From: Jatrophihabitans sp. GAS493 | GTDB taxonomy: Bacteria > Actinomycetota > Actinomycetes > Mycobacteriales > Jatrophihabitantaceae | Length of the DNA stretch: 64,000 nt | Assembly: GCF_900230215.1 (NCBI RefSeq) | Contig: NZ_LT907982.1 | Coordinates: forward strand, 3,827,568-3,891,567 | Reading direction: 5' to 3' | In this document: positions 1 to 11,131 of the stretch, piece by piece | Numbering within the stretch: the first letter of the stretch is position 1 | Layout: each line of letters starts with the position of its first letter | Position numbers and translations under genes: made by a program | Notes under the pieces: generated by a model | The model's database searches: none | The model's input: only the letters and a program-made list of their open reading frames with translations | Told to the model about the DNA's origin: nothing

Positions 1-80
1 CTCCCAGCCGCCGAAGTCGGCCAGCTTCGCCCCCAGCGCGACGTGGCGGTCATAGAGCGGGGATCGCAGTAACTCAGTCA
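1..80 (-). CDS. gcvT: Glycine cleavage system T protein (aminomethyltransferase), N-terminal fragment; gene continues left of window
   Basis: RC of 1-80 translates MTELLRSPLYDRHVALGAKLADFGGWE, the characteristic GcvT N-terminus; ATG at 80-78 (minus). Position matches Rv2211c-pepB synteny. Confidence 0.6.
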
Positions 81-154
81 TGCTGACACGCTACGACGAG
101 GTGGCCGGTGCGCCGACAGAGGTACGTCAAACCGGGGACAGCTAGGGTGGGCGG

Positions 155-1648
155 ATGGCAACAGTCTCACTGGTCGGCATCGACGCTCAGCTTCCGAAGA
201 CGGTCATCGTCGGCGTTTTAAAGGGGCCGGACGGGCCGGTCCTGGCTCCCGGCGCCAACGTGGTGACATCGGTGCTCGGGCGGAAGCTGTTGGCCGCGTT
301 GAAAACGTTGGCCGCCACCGGCCGCGCCGAGGAGATAACGAAGGTCGCGACATTGGGCCTGGCCTCCTTCGACCTCGTGGTCGCGGTCGGACTCGGCGCA
401 CCTCAACCCGGCGGGGCGCTGGAGCCGGAGACGGTTCGCCGAGCCGTCGGGGCGGCCGTCCGTAGCCTCTCCGGCACGAACGCCGTTCACGTGGCGATCG
501 GAACCGGCGCCGACCTTGCGATCTCGGCCGCGGCCGCCGAAGGGGCGCTGCTCGGCGGCTACAGCTTCACCGAGTTCAAGTCCTCCCCCAAACGAGCCGG
601 TGCCACCCGCATCGGCATCGCCACGAGCGATCCCAAGAGCCGCCCCGCGGTGGCGTCACTACGCCGGGCCAAGGCGTTGGCTGACGCCGTCGTACTGACC
701 CGCGATCTGGTGAACGCGCCGCCGAACGAGATCTACCCGGCCACCCTGGCCAAGCGGTTCAGCGATGCGGCGACGGCCGCCGGCATCGCCGTGGAGATCC
801 TCGACGAGCGAGCCCTCAAACGCGGCGGCTACGGCGGCATCCTCGGAGTCGGGGCGGGCTCGGTCCGACCGCCGCGGTTGGTTCGGGTGAGTTACTCGGG
901 CACTCGCGCGCGCACCCGGGTTGCCCTGGTCGGCAAGGGCATCACGTACGACTCGGGCGGCCTGAACCTGAAGCCGGGTAGCGGCATGGCCACGATGAAG
1001 TCCGACATGGGAGGGGCCGCCGCCGTGGTGGCCACCGTCGTCGCCGCGGCCAAGTTGCGACTGCCGATCGAGGTCACCGCCACCGTCTCGCTGGCCGAGA
1101 ACATGGTGTCGGGGAGCTCCTACCGCCCATCGGATGTACTGACCCTGCGCAGCGGCAAGACGCTCGAGATCGCGAACACCGACGCCGAGGGTCGTATCGT
1201 GCTGGCCGACGCGATCTCGCGAGCCTGCGAAGACAGCCCGGACTACCTCATCGAGGCCTCGACCCTCACCGGCGCCCAGGTGGTCGCGCTCGGCAACCGG
1301 GTCATCGCTGCCATGGGTGAGCCGGTCTTCCGGGACCGTGTCACCGCAGCCGGCAACTCGGTCGGCGAAGCCGTCTGGTCGATGCCGCTACCCGACGATC
1401 TGCGTCCGGGACTGGAGTCGCAGGTGGCGGACCTCAGCAACCTCCCGGCCCAGGGCTGGGGCGGCATGCTCGCGGCCGGATTGTTTCTCGGCGAGTTCGT
1501 CAGTGAAGGCCTGCCCTGGGTTCACCTCGACATCGCCGGGCCGTCGTTCAACAGCAGCGCACCTCACGGCTACACGCCGAAGGGCGGCACGGGAGCGGCG
1601 GTGCGCACCCTCCTCGCGTCCCTGGAACTGCTGGCGACAGAGGGGTGA
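155..1648 (+). CDS. pepA: Leucyl aminopeptidase, M17 family
   Basis: 497-aa ORF; M17 signature NTDAEGRIVLADA, VGKGITYDSGG; high GC3 coding bias. Confidence 0.9.
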   Translation: MATVSLVGIDAQLPKTVIVGVLKGPDGPVLAPGANVVTSVLGRKLLAALKTLAATGRAEEITKVATLGLASFDLVVAVGLGAPQPGGALEPETVRRAVGAAVRSLSGTNAVHVAIGTGADLAISAAAAEGALLGGYSFTEFKSSPKRAGATRIGIATSDPKSRPAVASLRRAKALADAVVLTRDLVNAPPNEIYPATLAKRFSDAATAAGIAVEILDERALKRGGYGGILGVGAGSVRPPRLVRVSYSGTRARTRVALVGKGITYDSGGLNLKPGSGMATMKSDMGGAAAVVATVVAAAKLRLPIEVTATVSLAENMVSGSSYRPSDVLTLRSGKTLEIANTDAEGRIVLADAISRACEDSPDYLIEASTLTGAQVVALGNRVIAAMGEPVFRDRVTAAGNSVGEAVWSMPLPDDLRPGLESQVADLSNLPAQGWGGMLAAGLFLGEFVSEGLPWVHLDIAGPSFNSSAPHGYTPKGGTGAAVRTLLASLELLATEG

Positions 1649-1658
1649 GGTAGTCGGG

Positions 1659-2012
1659 TCAGGTAGTGGGGCTGGAGGCTCCGGGAGGGCCGGTCTCCCC
1701 CGCCAATTTCCGCTTCTGGGTCCACTCACGCATCCGCTGCGGATACCCGACCATCGCCGCGTCGTAGAGCGGGATGGCGTTGCGCTTGGCGAAGTCGGTG
1801 GCGCCGTCAGCTCCGTCAACCCGACGGCGTGTCCACTCCCCGGATGAGGCGACCAACACAACAGTTGTCTCGGTCACCGCGGTCCGGGGCTCGAGATAGG
1901 CCTCGACGCCCTCGCGAGACGCGACGAACTCCTGCAGATGGCGGGTGTCCGCCGATGTGGCAGTGCGCAGTTCGCCCGCCCCGTCACTCTTCCGCCGGCC
2001 GAAGAAGCGCAT
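1659..2012 (-). CDS. Hypothetical small protein (~117 aa) between pepA and lpd
   Basis: Minus-strand ORF 1659..2078; internal ATG at 2012 preceded by GAGGGG SD-like sequence; strong GC3 bias; convergent with pepA, divergent from lpd. No recognisable domain. Confidence 0.4.
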   Translation of the reverse strand: MRFFGRRKSDGAGELRTATSADTRHLQEFVASREGVEAYLEPRTAVTETTVVLVASSGEWTRRRVDGADGATDFAKRNAIPLYDAAMVGYPQRMREWTQKRKLAGETGPPGASSPTT

Positions 2013-2222
2013 GCCGTTCCCCTCGCATTTCCGGTGTGCCACCGCGATCGATGTTCCATGATGACACCGTCCAGCCATGCGTTGTCACAGATCCGAGCCA
2101 GGAGTGCCAAGATAGACACCGACAACCACTGCGCCGCAGCGGGCACCGTCGGAATTGGTGAACGCCGCTACGTGTTCAATCTTGGTTAAAGATCTCAATA
2201 CAGCTTCTACAGGAGACATACC

Positions 2223-3602
2223 GTGGCAGACCACCAGGCCGATCTCGTCATCCTAGGCGCCGGAAGTGGGGGCTACGCCGCTGCGCTGCGCGCCGCCGAA
2301 CTGGGCAAGTCCGTAGTGCTAGTCGAGAAGGACAAGGTCGGCGGCACCTGCCTGCACCGCGGCTGTATCCCGACCAAGGCGCTCCTGCACGCCGGCGAGG
2401 TCGCTGACGCGTCCCGGGAGGGCGCGCAATTCGGCGTCGTGGCCACCTTCGAAAGTATCGACAGCGTCGCCCTGAACGCCTACAAGGACGGGGTTGTCTC
2501 GCGCCTCTACAAGGGGCTGCAGGGCCTCATCAAGAGCCGCAACATCAACGTCGTCGAGGGCGAGGGTCGTCTCGTCGGACCGAAGACCGTTGCGGTCGGC
2601 GACGACACCTACACCGGTGCCAACGTCGTGCTGGCCACCGGCTCCTACGCTCGGACGCTGCCGGGTCTGGAGATCGACGGCACTCGCGTCATCACCAGCG
2701 ACCAGGCCCTGCAACTCGATCACGTACCGGGGTCGGCCATCATTCTCGGCGGCGGGGTCATCGGCTGTGAATTCGCCAGCGCCTGGACCTCCTTCGGAAC
2801 CAACGTGACCATCGTGGAGGCACTCCCGCACCTCGTGCCGCTGGAGGACGAGGCCAACTCCAAGCTGCTCGAACGCGCCTTCCGCAAGCGCAAGATCGCC
2901 TTCAAACTTGGTGTTCGCTACGAGCGCTTCGAGCACACCGACTCCGGCGTCCGGGTCTTCCTGGCCAGTGGCGAGGCGATCGAGGCCGATGTCTTGCTGG
3001 TGGCCGTGGGCCGTGGACCGACATCGGCCAACCTCGGGTACGAGGAGAACGGCATCACGCTCGACCGCGGCTTCGTCGTCGTCGATGAGTACTGCCGGAC
3101 CGGTGTCGACGGCGTTTACGCTGTCGGCGACCTGATCCCGACGCTGCAGCTGGCCCACGTCGGATTCGCCGAAGGGATCCTGGTCGCTGAGCAGATCGCC
3201 GGGCTTCCGGTCGTACCGATCGACTACGCGGGTGTTCCGCGCATCACCTACTCCGAGCCGGAGGTCGCTTCGGTCGGGCTGACCGAGGCCGACGCGGTCG
3301 AGCGGCTGGGCGCCGACAAGGTGACGACGCTGACCTACGACCTCGGCGGCAACGGCAAGTCGCAGATTCTCAAGACCCAGGGCGCGGTGAAGCTGGTCGC
3401 TGAGAAGGGCGGTCCGGTCCTCGGTGTGCACATGGTCGGGGCGCGGGTCGGCGAACTGATCGCCGAAGCGCAGCTGATCTACAACTGGGAGGCGCTGCCC
3501 AGTGAAGTCGCCCAGCTGATCCATCCGCATCCGACCCAATCCGAGGCGCTTGGCGAAGCGCACCTCGCGCTGGCCGGAAAGCCGCTGCACACCCACAACT
3601 AA
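2223..3602 (+). CDS. lpd: Dihydrolipoyl dehydrogenase (E3)
   Basis: 459 aa; FAD motif GAGSGGY, redox-active disulfide motif [17 protein letters not shown]-terminal [10 protein letters not shown] interface motif; GTG start with AGGAG 7 nt upstream. Confidence 0.92.
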   Translation: MADHQADLVILGAGSGGYAAALRAAELGKSVVLVEKDKVGGTCLHRGCIPTKALLHAGEVADASREGAQFGVVATFESIDSVALNAYKDGVVSRLYKGLQGLIKSRNINVVEGEGRLVGPKTVAVGDDTYTGANVVLATGSYARTLPGLEIDGTRVITSDQALQLDHVPGSAIILGGGVIGCEFASAWTSFGTNVTIVEALPHLVPLEDEANSKLLERAFRKRKIAFKLGVRYERFEHTDSGVRVFLASGEAIEADVLLVAVGRGPTSANLGYEENGITLDRGFVVVDEYCRTGVDGVYAVGDLIPTLQLAHVGFAEGILVAEQIAGLPVVPIDYAGVPRITYSEPEVASVGLTEADAVERLGADKVTTLTYDLGGNGKSQILKTQGAVKLVAEKGGPVLGVHMVGARVGELIAEAQLIYNWEALPSEVAQLIHPHPTQSEALGEAHLALAGKPLHTHN

Positions 3603-3666
3603 ACGCCACTATCCGCCCGCTCCACCCCCAGCACCATCGTTCATAGCCGAAGGAGTTTTTGTAATC

Positions 3667-5121
3667 ATGCCGGTGTCAGTAACCATGCCCCGCCTTGGTG
3701 AAAGCGTCACTGAGGGAACCGTTACCCGGTGGCTCAAGGCCGAGGGTGATCACGTCGATGCCGACGAGCCGTTACTGGAAGTCTCAACCGACAAGGTCGA
3801 CACCGAGATCCCTTCGCCTGCCTCTGGAACCTTGATCTCGATCAAGGTGCAGGAGGACGAGACGGTGGAGGTCGGCGTCGAGATCGCGGTCATCTCCGAC
3901 GGCGACGACGCTGGCGCAGCACCCGCTGAGACCCCCGCCGCCGAGACCCCGGCCGCCGAGACCCCGGCCGCCGAGGCCCCGGCCGCGCCCGCTGAGCCGG
4001 CACCGGTTGCGGCGGCACCGGCCGCAGCACCTGCACCGGCCCCCGCCCCCGCACCCGCACCTGTCGCAGCTGCTCCCGCCCCGGTTGCTGCCACTCCGGC
4101 TCCCGCACCCGCACCGGTTGCCACCCCTCCGGCTGCAGCGCCGGCCGCGGCCCAGGGTGCGGTCGAAACCGACGAGGACGAAGAGGGTGGCGGCACCTAC
4201 GTCACCCCGCTCGTCCGCAAGCTCGCCGGCGAACACGGCGTAGATCTGGGCAGCGTCGCCGGTACCGGCGTCGGCGGCCGCATCCGCAAGTCGGACGTGC
4301 TCGCGGCGGCTGCGGCGAAGCAGTCCGCACCCACCGCTCCCGCAGCGGCGCCTGCCGCCGCACCGGCACCGGCGGCCACACCGGCGGTATCCCCGCTGCG
4401 GGGCCGCACCGAGAAGCTGACCCGCCGTCGCCAGCTCATCGCGGCCCGGATGGTGGAATCCCTGCAGGTGAGCGCGCAGCTCACCACCGTGGTCGAGGTC
4501 GACGTGACCCGGATCGCGCGGCTTCGCGAGCGGGCCAAGGCCGACTTCCTGGCGCGGGAGGGTGTGAAGCTCTCCTTCCTGCCGTTCTTCGCGGTGGCGG
4601 CGGTCGAAGCCCTCAAGTCCCACCCGGTATTGAACTCCTCGATCGACACTGAGGCCGGAACGATCACCTACCACGAGAGCGAACACCTGGGCATCGCCGT
4701 GGACACCGAGGCCGGGCTGACCGTGCCGGTGATCCACGACGCCGGTGACCTCAACCTCGCGGGCACCGCACGCAAGATCGCTGACCTGGCCGAGCGCACC
4801 CGCACCAACAAGATCAGCCCGGACGAGCTCGGTGGCGCGACGTTCACACTCACCAATACCGGTAGTCGCGGCGCCCTATTCGACACGCCGATCCTGAACC
4901 AGCCGCAGGTCGGCATCCTGGGAACCGGGACCGTGGTCAAACGCCCGGTCGTCATCGACGATGACGATCTCGGCGAGACCATCGCCGTCCGCTCGATGGT
5001 TTACCTGGCGCTGAGCTACGACCATCGAATCATCGACGGGGCCGACGCGGCGCGCTTCCTCACGACGATCAAGGACCGGCTCGAGGGCGGCAACTTCGAG
5101 CGCGCACTCGGGCTCGCCTAA
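3667..5121 (+). CDS. sucB: 2-oxoacid dehydrogenase E2 component (dihydrolipoamide succinyl/acyltransferase)
   Basis: Lipoyl domain [20 protein letters not shown], long Pro/Ala-rich linkers, peripheral subunit-binding domain, catalytic [14 protein letters not shown] motif. ORF begins at 3550, but ATG at 3667 has AAGGAG upstream and matches E2 N-termini. Confidence 0.92.
   Translation: MPVSVTMPRLGESVTEGTVTRWLKAEGDHVDADEPLLEVSTDKVDTEIPSPASGTLISIKVQEDETVEVGVEIAVISDGDDAGAAPAETPAAETPAAETPAAEAPAAPAEPAPVAAAPAAAPAPAPAPAPAPVAAAPAPVAATPAPAPAPVATPPAAAPAAAQGAVETDEDEEGGGTYVTPLVRKLAGEHGVDLGSVAGTGVGGRIRKSDVLAAAAAKQSAPTAPAAAPAAAPAPAATPAVSPLRGRTEKLTRRRQLIAARMVESLQVSAQLTTVVEVDVTRIARLRERAKADFLAREGVKLSFLPFFAVAAVEALKSHPVLNSSIDTEAGTITYHESEHLGIAVDTEAGLTVPVIHDAGDLNLAGTARKIADLAERTRTNKISPDELGGATFTLTNTGSRGALFDTPILNQPQVGILGTGTVVKRPVVIDDDDLGETIAVRSMVYLALSYDHRIIDGADAARFLTTIKDRLEGGNFERALGLA
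3928..3987. repeat. 15-bp tandem repeat (gag acc ccg gcc gcc x3-4) in sucB linker
   Basis: Encodes [21 protein letters not shown] between lipoyl and E3-binding domains. Confidence 0.8.
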
Positions 5122-5130
5122 CCACAAAAC

Positions 5131-6036
5131 ATGAAGGTTCTCCTCGCAGGTGCCTCCGGAGCGATCGGGACCGCGCTGTCCCGATCGCTGGTGCAACACG
5201 GACACGTGATCCGAACATTGGTGCGCCGGCCGGCGAGCGGTTCGACCGAAGTGACGTGGCGGCCTGATCGGGGCGAACTCGATCAGGCCGCACTCAACGG
5301 CATCGATGCGGTCATCTGCCTCTCCGGGGCCGGAGTAGCCGAGAAGCGCTGGACCGACGAGTACAAGCAGGTCATGCGCTCCAGCCGGATCGACTCGGTC
5401 TGCACACTGGCCCGGGCCATCACCGAAACCGCTACTCCACCGAAGGTCTTCCTCAGCGCGTCCGCCGTCGGTTACTACGGGGATGCCGGCGCGGCGGCTA
5501 TCGACGAGTCGGCTCCCGCCGGTGACGGATTTCTGGCTGGCCTCTGCGTGGACTGGGAGGCGGCGACCGCCCCGGCCGAGGCGGCCGGAGTCCGGGTGGC
5601 TCATCTGCGGACCGGTCTCGTGCTCGACGCCAGCACCGGACTGCTGGCGAAGCTGGCACCGTTGTACCGGTTTGGCCTGGGCGGCAAGCTCGGCAGCGGC
5701 GAACAGTACTGGCCGTGGATCTCCCTGGTGGACGAGATCGCTTCGATCGAACACCTGCTGACCAGCGAGGTGCATGGCGGGGTGAACCTCACCGGCCCGG
5801 CGCCAGTGACCAACGCTGACTTCTCAGCGACCCTCGGACGCGTTCTGCACCGTCCGGCCGTCCTCCCGGTGCCTGGCTTCGCGCTGCGGGCGGCACTCGG
5901 CGAATTCTCCTCGGATGTGCTCACCGGCCAGCGCGCACTTCCGGTCAAGTTGAAGGCTTCCGGTTTCGCCTTTCGACACTCCACCCTCACCGAAGCGCTG
6001 ACGACCAGCCTCGGACGGGCTCAGACCCGGGTCTGA
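5131..6036 (+). CDS. TIGR01777/YfcH-like NAD-dependent epimerase/dehydratase family protein (Rv2216-like)
   Basis: 301 aa; N-terminal Rossmann MKVLLAGASGAIGTAL; position after sucB matches the mycobacterial Rv2215-Rv2216 arrangement. Confidence 0.8.
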   Translation: MKVLLAGASGAIGTALSRSLVQHGHVIRTLVRRPASGSTEVTWRPDRGELDQAALNGIDAVICLSGAGVAEKRWTDEYKQVMRSSRIDSVCTLARAITETATPPKVFLSASAVGYYGDAGAAAIDESAPAGDGFLAGLCVDWEAATAPAEAAGVRVAHLRTGLVLDASTGLLAKLAPLYRFGLGGKLGSGEQYWPWISLVDEIASIEHLLTSEVHGGVNLTGPAPVTNADFSATLGRVLHRPAVLPVPGFALRAALGEFSSDVLTGQRALPVKLKASGFAFRHSTLTEALTTSLGRAQTRV

Positions 6037-7619
6037 CCCGAGATTCGGTACTGCGACCCGACCCGGCGCAGTGTCGTCCGCAGCGTCACTGCGGACTGCC
6101 CCGGGGCGCTGCTGCGTTTGGTTGTGCCGCAGACCAGCGTGGATGGCGCCAGCGACGCCGACGAGGTCACCACCAGGTCGGTGGACGTCAGCGGTGACCG
6201 GGAGAGGCGTGCTTCGGCGTGGACGTCGGCGAAGGTGGTCCGGACCCCGATCAATCGACAACCACGGGGTGCCAACGTGGCCAGTAGCGCTGCGTCCTGG
6301 TTGCGCAGCCCCGCCGAGTCGTACACCTGCCCGAGGAGACCGGGGTTGTTCGTGGCATAGGCCTGCTCCCGAAGCTCATCCAGCACGACGAGCCACTTGG
6401 CGGCCAACTCGTCCGGGGTCGATGGCCGACCTGCCTCGGCGTAGCCGGCAGCGCCGGTGGTGCGCTCACCCCGTGCGCGAGGATGGAGGCTAACTGCGGC
6501 AATTGCCAGTAGCGCGATCAGCGTGCCGAGAAGCATTGCGGCGCGCCCGGACCGACGCCGGGGCCGGGTAGTCCCCGGGCCACGCTGATCCGAATCATCA
6601 GTAAAAGGTGGACGGTCCGGCGAGCCCCGGGTAGCACGATGCACACCGCCGCCTCGCCGTCCGGAGTCTTTCAGCGCGCTGCCGAGGCCACCCTCGCTGG
6701 GTTCGTCGGGTTCGAGAATCGGTAGCAGCGGCTCGACCCTGGTGGCCCCCGGGACGGCGCCGGCATTGAGTTCGAGCGTCGACGGCCGCCCGCAGCGCCT
6801 GAGGTCAAGCGCGAACTCGGCTGCGGTGGGCCGCTGAGACGACTCGATTGAGAGGGCGCGCACGATGAGGGTGGCGAGCTCGACCCCGAACGGAGCGACC
6901 CGCCGGTCGAGGTCCGCGAGGTCGGCGGTGGCGGCCAGATGTAGCGCCTGGTCGGTGGTCGAAGCTCGCCAGAGCGCCTCGCCGGTGAGAGCATGGAGCA
7001 GCGTCGCGGCGAGCATGAAGACGTCGCTCGCCGCCGTCGGGGCGCCGCCACGGGCGACCGCGGGCTCCAGGTAAGCCGCCGTGCAGCGGACAGGATCATC
7101 GTCGACGGCTCGGACCGCACCGGCGATGCGGGCGACGCCGAGATCGGCGAGCAGCGGAGCGCCGCCAGCCGTGAAGAGCACGTTTCCCGGCGTCACGTCA
7201 CCGTGAACTACGCCGTGTTGATGGGCGTAGGCCAACGCGACACCGACCGGAGCCAGTGCAGCGACCGCCTCGTCAACCGTGAGGAACCGCCGCCGACTGA
7301 GCAGATCGCGTAGCGACCCACCGACGGCGAGTTCGAGCACCAGCACCACGTGATCCTCGGTGTAGGCGAGCCTGTGCAGCCGAATCAGGTGCGGGTGATC
7401 GAGCGTCGTCAGCAGCGCGGCCTCAGTCCGCGCCGCCCGGACCTGGGCCGGGTCGCCCAGCCGAAGACGCTTGAGCGCCACCGGGCGGCCATCGTGCACC
7501 GCCCGGGCTCGCCAGACCTCGGCGGAGCCGCCGACACCGAGGCGTTCGGAGATGGCGTAGCCGTCGAGCCGCCAGGACGGCGCCGGAGACGCTCGACGGT
7601 TGCCGGGGCGCGGGGTCAT
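6021..7619 (-). CDS. Membrane-anchored Hanks-type Ser/Thr protein kinase with non-canonical catalytic loop (possible pseudokinase)
   Basis: 532 aa; Gly loop LGVGGSAEVW, VALK lysine, catalytic loop HGDVTPGNVLF instead of HRDxKPxN, DLG instead of DFG; TM helix AAMLLGTLIALLAIAAVSL; ~170-aa extracytoplasmic C-terminal domain; 3' end overlaps preceding gene by 16 nt. Confidence 0.8.
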   Translation of the reverse strand: MTPRPGNRRASPAPSWRLDGYAISERLGVGGSAEVWRARAVHDGRPVALKRLRLGDPAQVRAARTEAALLTTLDHPHLIRLHRLAYTEDHVVLVLELAVGGSLRDLLSRRRFLTVDEAVAALAPVGVALAYAHQHGVVHGDVTPGNVLFTAGGAPLLADLGVARIAGAVRAVDDDPVRCTAAYLEPAVARGGAPTAASDVFMLAATLLHALTGEALWRASTTDQALHLAATADLADLDRRVAPFGVELATLIVRALSIESSQRPTAAEFALDLRRCGRPSTLELNAGAVPGATRVEPLLPILEPDEPSEGGLGSALKDSGRRGGGVHRATRGSPDRPPFTDDSDQRGPGTTRPRRRSGRAAMLLGTLIALLAIAAVSLHPRARGERTTGAAGYAEAGRPSTPDELAAKWLVVLDELREQAYATNNPGLLGQVYDSAGLRNQDAALLATLAPRGCRLIGVRTTFADVHAEARLSRSPLTSTDLVVTSSASLAPSTLVCGTTKRSSAPGQSAVTLRTTLRRVGSQYRISGQTRV

Positions 7620-7733
7620 GAAGAGCAGGCTAGAACAGATCGCAACTTACAGGGGAAAGTTATCCACAGGGTGGCGCCGGGTCGCCGCCGGGGCGTTGCG
7701 ACGCCGCCCCGCGGGGGTTTATAGGCTGACCCA

Positions 7734-8465
7734 ATGACTGCCGACGAACCGACGATTCTGGCGACTTCTGGGGGCATCCGGGCCGGACGCCGGGTGCGCT
7801 GGGAGTTCAATTCGCTGACCGAGTACGCCATCGAACTGGCCGGAGTCGATGGTCGCGCACCCCGCGTCTGCGGAATCGGAACCGCAGTCGGTGACGACTC
7901 GGCCTGGATCGCCGCCTTCTACGCGGCCTGCGGGGTCCGTGGCCTGGACGCGAGTCATTTGGCCTTATTTCCCATGCCGAATGTCGATGACATCACCGAA
8001 CTGCTGCTCGGCCAGGACGTCATCTGGGCCACCGGTGGAAGCGTCGCGGGGCTGCTGGCGATGTGGGATCTCCACGGCGTGGGTGCAGCACTGCGGCAAG
8101 CCTGGGAGGCCGGGGTCGTGCTCACCGGAGTGTCTGCGGGTTCCATCTGCTGGCACACCGGAGGCACCACCGACTCCTTCGGCCCCGACCTACGCCCGGT
8201 GACCAACGGCCTGGGATTCGTGCCGTTCTCCAATGGAGTCCACTACGACTCCGAGGAGCAGCGCCGGCCGAAGTTCCAGGCGATGATCGCCGACGCGACC
8301 CTGCCGGCGGGCTACGCGACCGACGACGGGGCCGGCCTGCTCTACCGCGGGACCCGGTTCGTCGAGGCGGTGGCCGAACGGGACGGCGCCGGCGCGTACT
8401 ACGTCGAGCGCTCGTCCGACGCGACGGCGGTGGAGACGAGACTGGATATCCGCCGCCTCCGCTGA
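7734..8465 (+). CDS. Peptidase S51 (peptidase E / class-I glutamine amidotransferase-like) family protein
   Basis: 243 aa; [12 protein letters not shown]...[10 protein letters not shown] motif arrangement typical of S51 dipeptidase E-like proteins. Confidence 0.8.
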   Translation: MTADEPTILATSGGIRAGRRVRWEFNSLTEYAIELAGVDGRAPRVCGIGTAVGDDSAWIAAFYAACGVRGLDASHLALFPMPNVDDITELLLGQDVIWATGGSVAGLLAMWDLHGVGAALRQAWEAGVVLTGVSAGSICWHTGGTTDSFGPDLRPVTNGLGFVPFSNGVHYDSEEQRRPKFQAMIADATLPAGYATDDGAGLLYRGTRFVEAVAERDGAGAYYVERSSDATAVETRLDIRRLR

Positions 8466-9250
8466 TGGCGGGCCGGAGCCGCGACTCGGGCTCATCGGCG
8501 GGCGGCGGGCCGGCACCGCGTACCGTTCGTGTTGTGCCGAACCCACAACCGCTGAACGTGCTGACCCCAGGTCTGGTCGAGTACACCGAAGCGTGGGAAC
8601 TACAGCGGCAGTTGCACGACGAGCGGGTGGCCGATGCTCGTCCCGACACCGTCCTGCTGCTCGAACACCCACCGGTCTTCACGGCCGGGCGTCGCACTGA
8701 GGCCTGGGAGCGTCCCACCGACTCGACGCCGGTGATTGACGTCGATCGGGGCGGCAGAATCACCTGGCACGGCCCCGGGCAACTGGTTGGCTACCCGATC
8801 CTCAAGCTGGCCGATCCGATCGATGTGGTGGCCTACGTACGCCGGATCGAGATGATGCTCATCGGTGTCTGTGCCCAGTTCGGAGTCGCCGCCGGTCAGG
8901 TCGAAGGGCGTAGCGGTGTCTGGTTGCCGGCTGACGAGCTGAGGCAGCAGCGCAAGATCGCGGCAATCGGCATCCGTATCGCGCGAGGCGTCACCCTGCA
9001 CGGCTTCGCGTTGAACTGCGATCCCGACCTCAGCGCATACGACCGGATAGTTCCCTGCGGGATCGCTGACGCCACGGTTACTTCGCTCACGGCCGAGACC
9101 GGGCGCCCGGTGACGGTGGCCGACGTTCTTCCCGCCGTCTCGGCTCGGCTCGGCGATCTCCTCGCGTTTTCCAACGATTCTGTACCGGACGAAGCAGCGG
9201 CGCCGCCAGAATCGACGACCACACCTGAGTACGCGAGCGGCGTAGCCTGA
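8465..9250 (+). CDS. lipB: Lipoyl(octanoyl) transferase
   Basis: [29 protein letters not shown], conserved K in [10 protein letters not shown], catalytic C in VPCGIAD. ORF track extends 5' to 8063 across the S51 gene; ATG at 8465 overlaps the S51 stop (ATGA). Start could alternatively be an internal GTG ~60 nt downstream. Confidence 0.85.
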   Translation: MAGRSRDSGSSAGGGPAPRTVRVVPNPQPLNVLTPGLVEYTEAWELQRQLHDERVADARPDTVLLLEHPPVFTAGRRTEAWERPTDSTPVIDVDRGGRITWHGPGQLVGYPILKLADPIDVVAYVRRIEMMLIGVCAQFGVAAGQVEGRSGVWLPADELRQQRKIAAIGIRIARGVTLHGFALNCDPDLSAYDRIVPCGIADATVTSLTAETGRPVTVADVLPAVSARLGDLLAFSNDSVPDEAAAPPESTTTPEYASGVA

Positions 9251-9311
9251 CTTGGTGACCCTCGCTCCTGCCGGCTCCACGGGCCAGACCGCCAACACCA
9301 CGACCAATCCA

Positions 9312-10235
9312 GTGAGCGCACCCGTGGAGGGCCGCAAGCTGCTGCGCATCGAGGCGCGCAACAGCGAGACCCCGATCGAGCGGAAGCCGCCGTGGATCAA
9401 GACCAGGGCCCGGATGGGCCCCGAGTACACCGCCCTGCAGTCGCTGGTACGGCGCGAAGGCCTGCACACGGTCTGCCAGGAGGCCGGCTGCCCGAACATC
9501 TACGAGTGCTGGGAAGACCGCGAGGCTACCTTCCTCATCGGCGGCAGCCAATGCACCCGCCGCTGCGACTTCTGCCAGATCGATACCGGTAAGCCGGACC
9601 CACTCGACCGTGACGAGCCGCGGCGGGTCGCCGAGAGCGTGCAGACGATGCAGCTGCGCTACGCGACCATTACCGGAGTCGCCCGCGACGACCTCGACGA
9701 CGGCGGGGCCTGGCTCTACGCCGAAACGGTGCGCCAGATCCATGAGCTGAACCCGGGCACCGGGGTCGAGCTCCTGATCCCCGACTTCAACGCAGACCCC
9801 GCCCATCTGGCCGAGGTCTTCGGCAGCCGCCCGCAGGTGCTCGCCCACAACGTGGAGACGGTGCCGCGTATCTTCAAGCGCATCCGGCCGGCCTTCCGTT
9901 ACGAACGGTCGCTGGAGGTGATCACCCGGGCCCGCGACGCTGAGTTGGTCACGAAATCGAATCTGATCCTCGGCATGGGCGAGACCCGGGACGAGGTGAG
10001 CCGGGCGCTACGCGATCTCTTCGAGGCCGGCTGCGAGCTGATCACGATCACCCAGTACCTGCGCCCGAGCCCCCGACACCACCCGGTCGAGCGCTGGGTC
10101 AAGCCGGAGGAGTTCGTGCAGCTGCAGCAGGAGGCCGAGGAGATCGGCTTCGCCGGAGTGCTCAGCGGTCCTCTGGTTCGCTCCTCGTATCGGGCCGGGC
10201 GGCTGTACCAGCAGGCGATGGCCGCTCGCGGCTGA
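9312..10235 (+). CDS. lipA: Lipoyl synthase (radical SAM)
   Basis: [14 protein letters not shown] and [10 protein letters not shown] cluster motifs. ORF opens at 9252 (TTG), but in-frame GTG at 9312 gives [17 protein letters not shown], matching mycobacterial LipA N-termini. Confidence 0.93.
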   Translation: MSAPVEGRKLLRIEARNSETPIERKPPWIKTRARMGPEYTALQSLVRREGLHTVCQEAGCPNIYECWEDREATFLIGGSQCTRRCDFCQIDTGKPDPLDRDEPRRVAESVQTMQLRYATITGVARDDLDDGGAWLYAETVRQIHELNPGTGVELLIPDFNADPAHLAEVFGSRPQVLAHNVETVPRIFKRIRPAFRYERSLEVITRARDAELVTKSNLILGMGETRDEVSRALRDLFEAGCELITITQYLRPSPRHHPVERWVKPEEFVQLQQEAEEIGFAGVLSGPLVRSSYRAGRLYQQAMAARG

Positions 10236-10311
10236 TCCCGCCGGCCGCTCGCGGCTGATCCGATGCCACTCGTGGAGATGACCCCCGCCGGCACCGCCTA
10301 TTCTTAGAGGC

Positions 10312-11079
10312 ATGGCAAAGAATGCGGGTGCGTCGAAACCCGCCAAATTGACGCGTGCAGAGAAGAAGGCGGCCCGAGCGGTCAAACGGGCCTCACGGAA
10401 AGAGACGTTCCGCCAGCTTCGCGAAACCTTCACCATCACCCGCAAGGCCGACTCGAAGCTGATCCCGCTTCTGATCATCGCCTTCGTGGTGACGGCTGCG
10501 GTTCTGTACGTGGTGCTGCTACTGATCTTCGGATCGGTCTGGCTGCCGATCCTCCCGGCCGTCCTCTTTGGTGTGCTGGCGGCATTCGTCCTCTTCGGTC
10601 GCCGTGCTCAGGCCTCGTTGTACGCCCAGGCCGACGGTCAGCCCGGCGCGGCGGGTTGGTTGCTGCAGAACCAGCTCAAGGGTGACTGGCGGGTGACCCC
10701 GGCGATCGTCGGGAACTCGCAACTGGATGCGGTGCACCGTCTCGTCGGGCGTCCCGGCGTGGTGCTCGTGGGCGAAGGCTCACCGGCCCGCGTCCGCGGT
10801 CTCATCGCCCAGGAGAAGAAGAAACTCTCGCGGCTCACCGGCGAAACCCCGATCTACGACATCGTCGTCGGCTCCGGTGACGGCGAGGTCTCACTGGCGA
10901 AGCTGAGCAACCATCTGCGCAAGCTGCCGCCGAACCTCTCCAAGGATCAGGTCAGCGCGCTGGATCGTCGGCTGCAGGCGATGAGCGCTACCCGTGCTCC
11001 GTTGCCGCAGGGTCCGATGCCGGCCGGCGCCAAGATGCGCAACGTGCAGCGGGCCGCCCGCCGCAAGTCCGCTACGTGA
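10312..11079 (+). CDS. DUF4191 membrane protein (Rv2219-like)
   Basis: 255 aa, two TM helices, Lys-rich N-term; conserved position downstream of lipA. Confidence 0.8.
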   Translation: MAKNAGASKPAKLTRAEKKAARAVKRASRKETFRQLRETFTITRKADSKLIPLLIIAFVVTAAVLYVVLLLIFGSVWLPILPAVLFGVLAAFVLFGRRAQASLYAQADGQPGAAGWLLQNQLKGDWRVTPAIVGNSQLDAVHRLVGRPGVVLVGEGSPARVRGLIAQEKKKLSRLTGETPIYDIVVGSGDGEVSLAKLSNHLRKLPPNLSKDQVSALDRRLQAMSATRAPLPQGPMPAGAKMRNVQRAARRKSAT

Positions 11080-11131
11080 CCGCAGCGCCCCACCCGAGTG
11101 CTGAGCCGAGCGTCGACCCGGCCGGACGGCA

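Noticed and set aside
2319-3596. 425-aa minus-strand ORF
   Set aside because: Antisense to lpd, which has unmistakable signature motifs; the translation is low-complexity.
3550-3666. 5' extension of the sucB ORF
   Set aside because: It overlaps the lpd 3' end. The lipoyl domain starts at [12 protein letters not shown] and has an AAGGAG RBS.
8063-8464. 5' extension of the lipB ORF (395-aa version)
   Set aside because: It overlaps the S51 peptidase gene in another frame. LipB homology begins near 8540. Start placed at ATG 8465.
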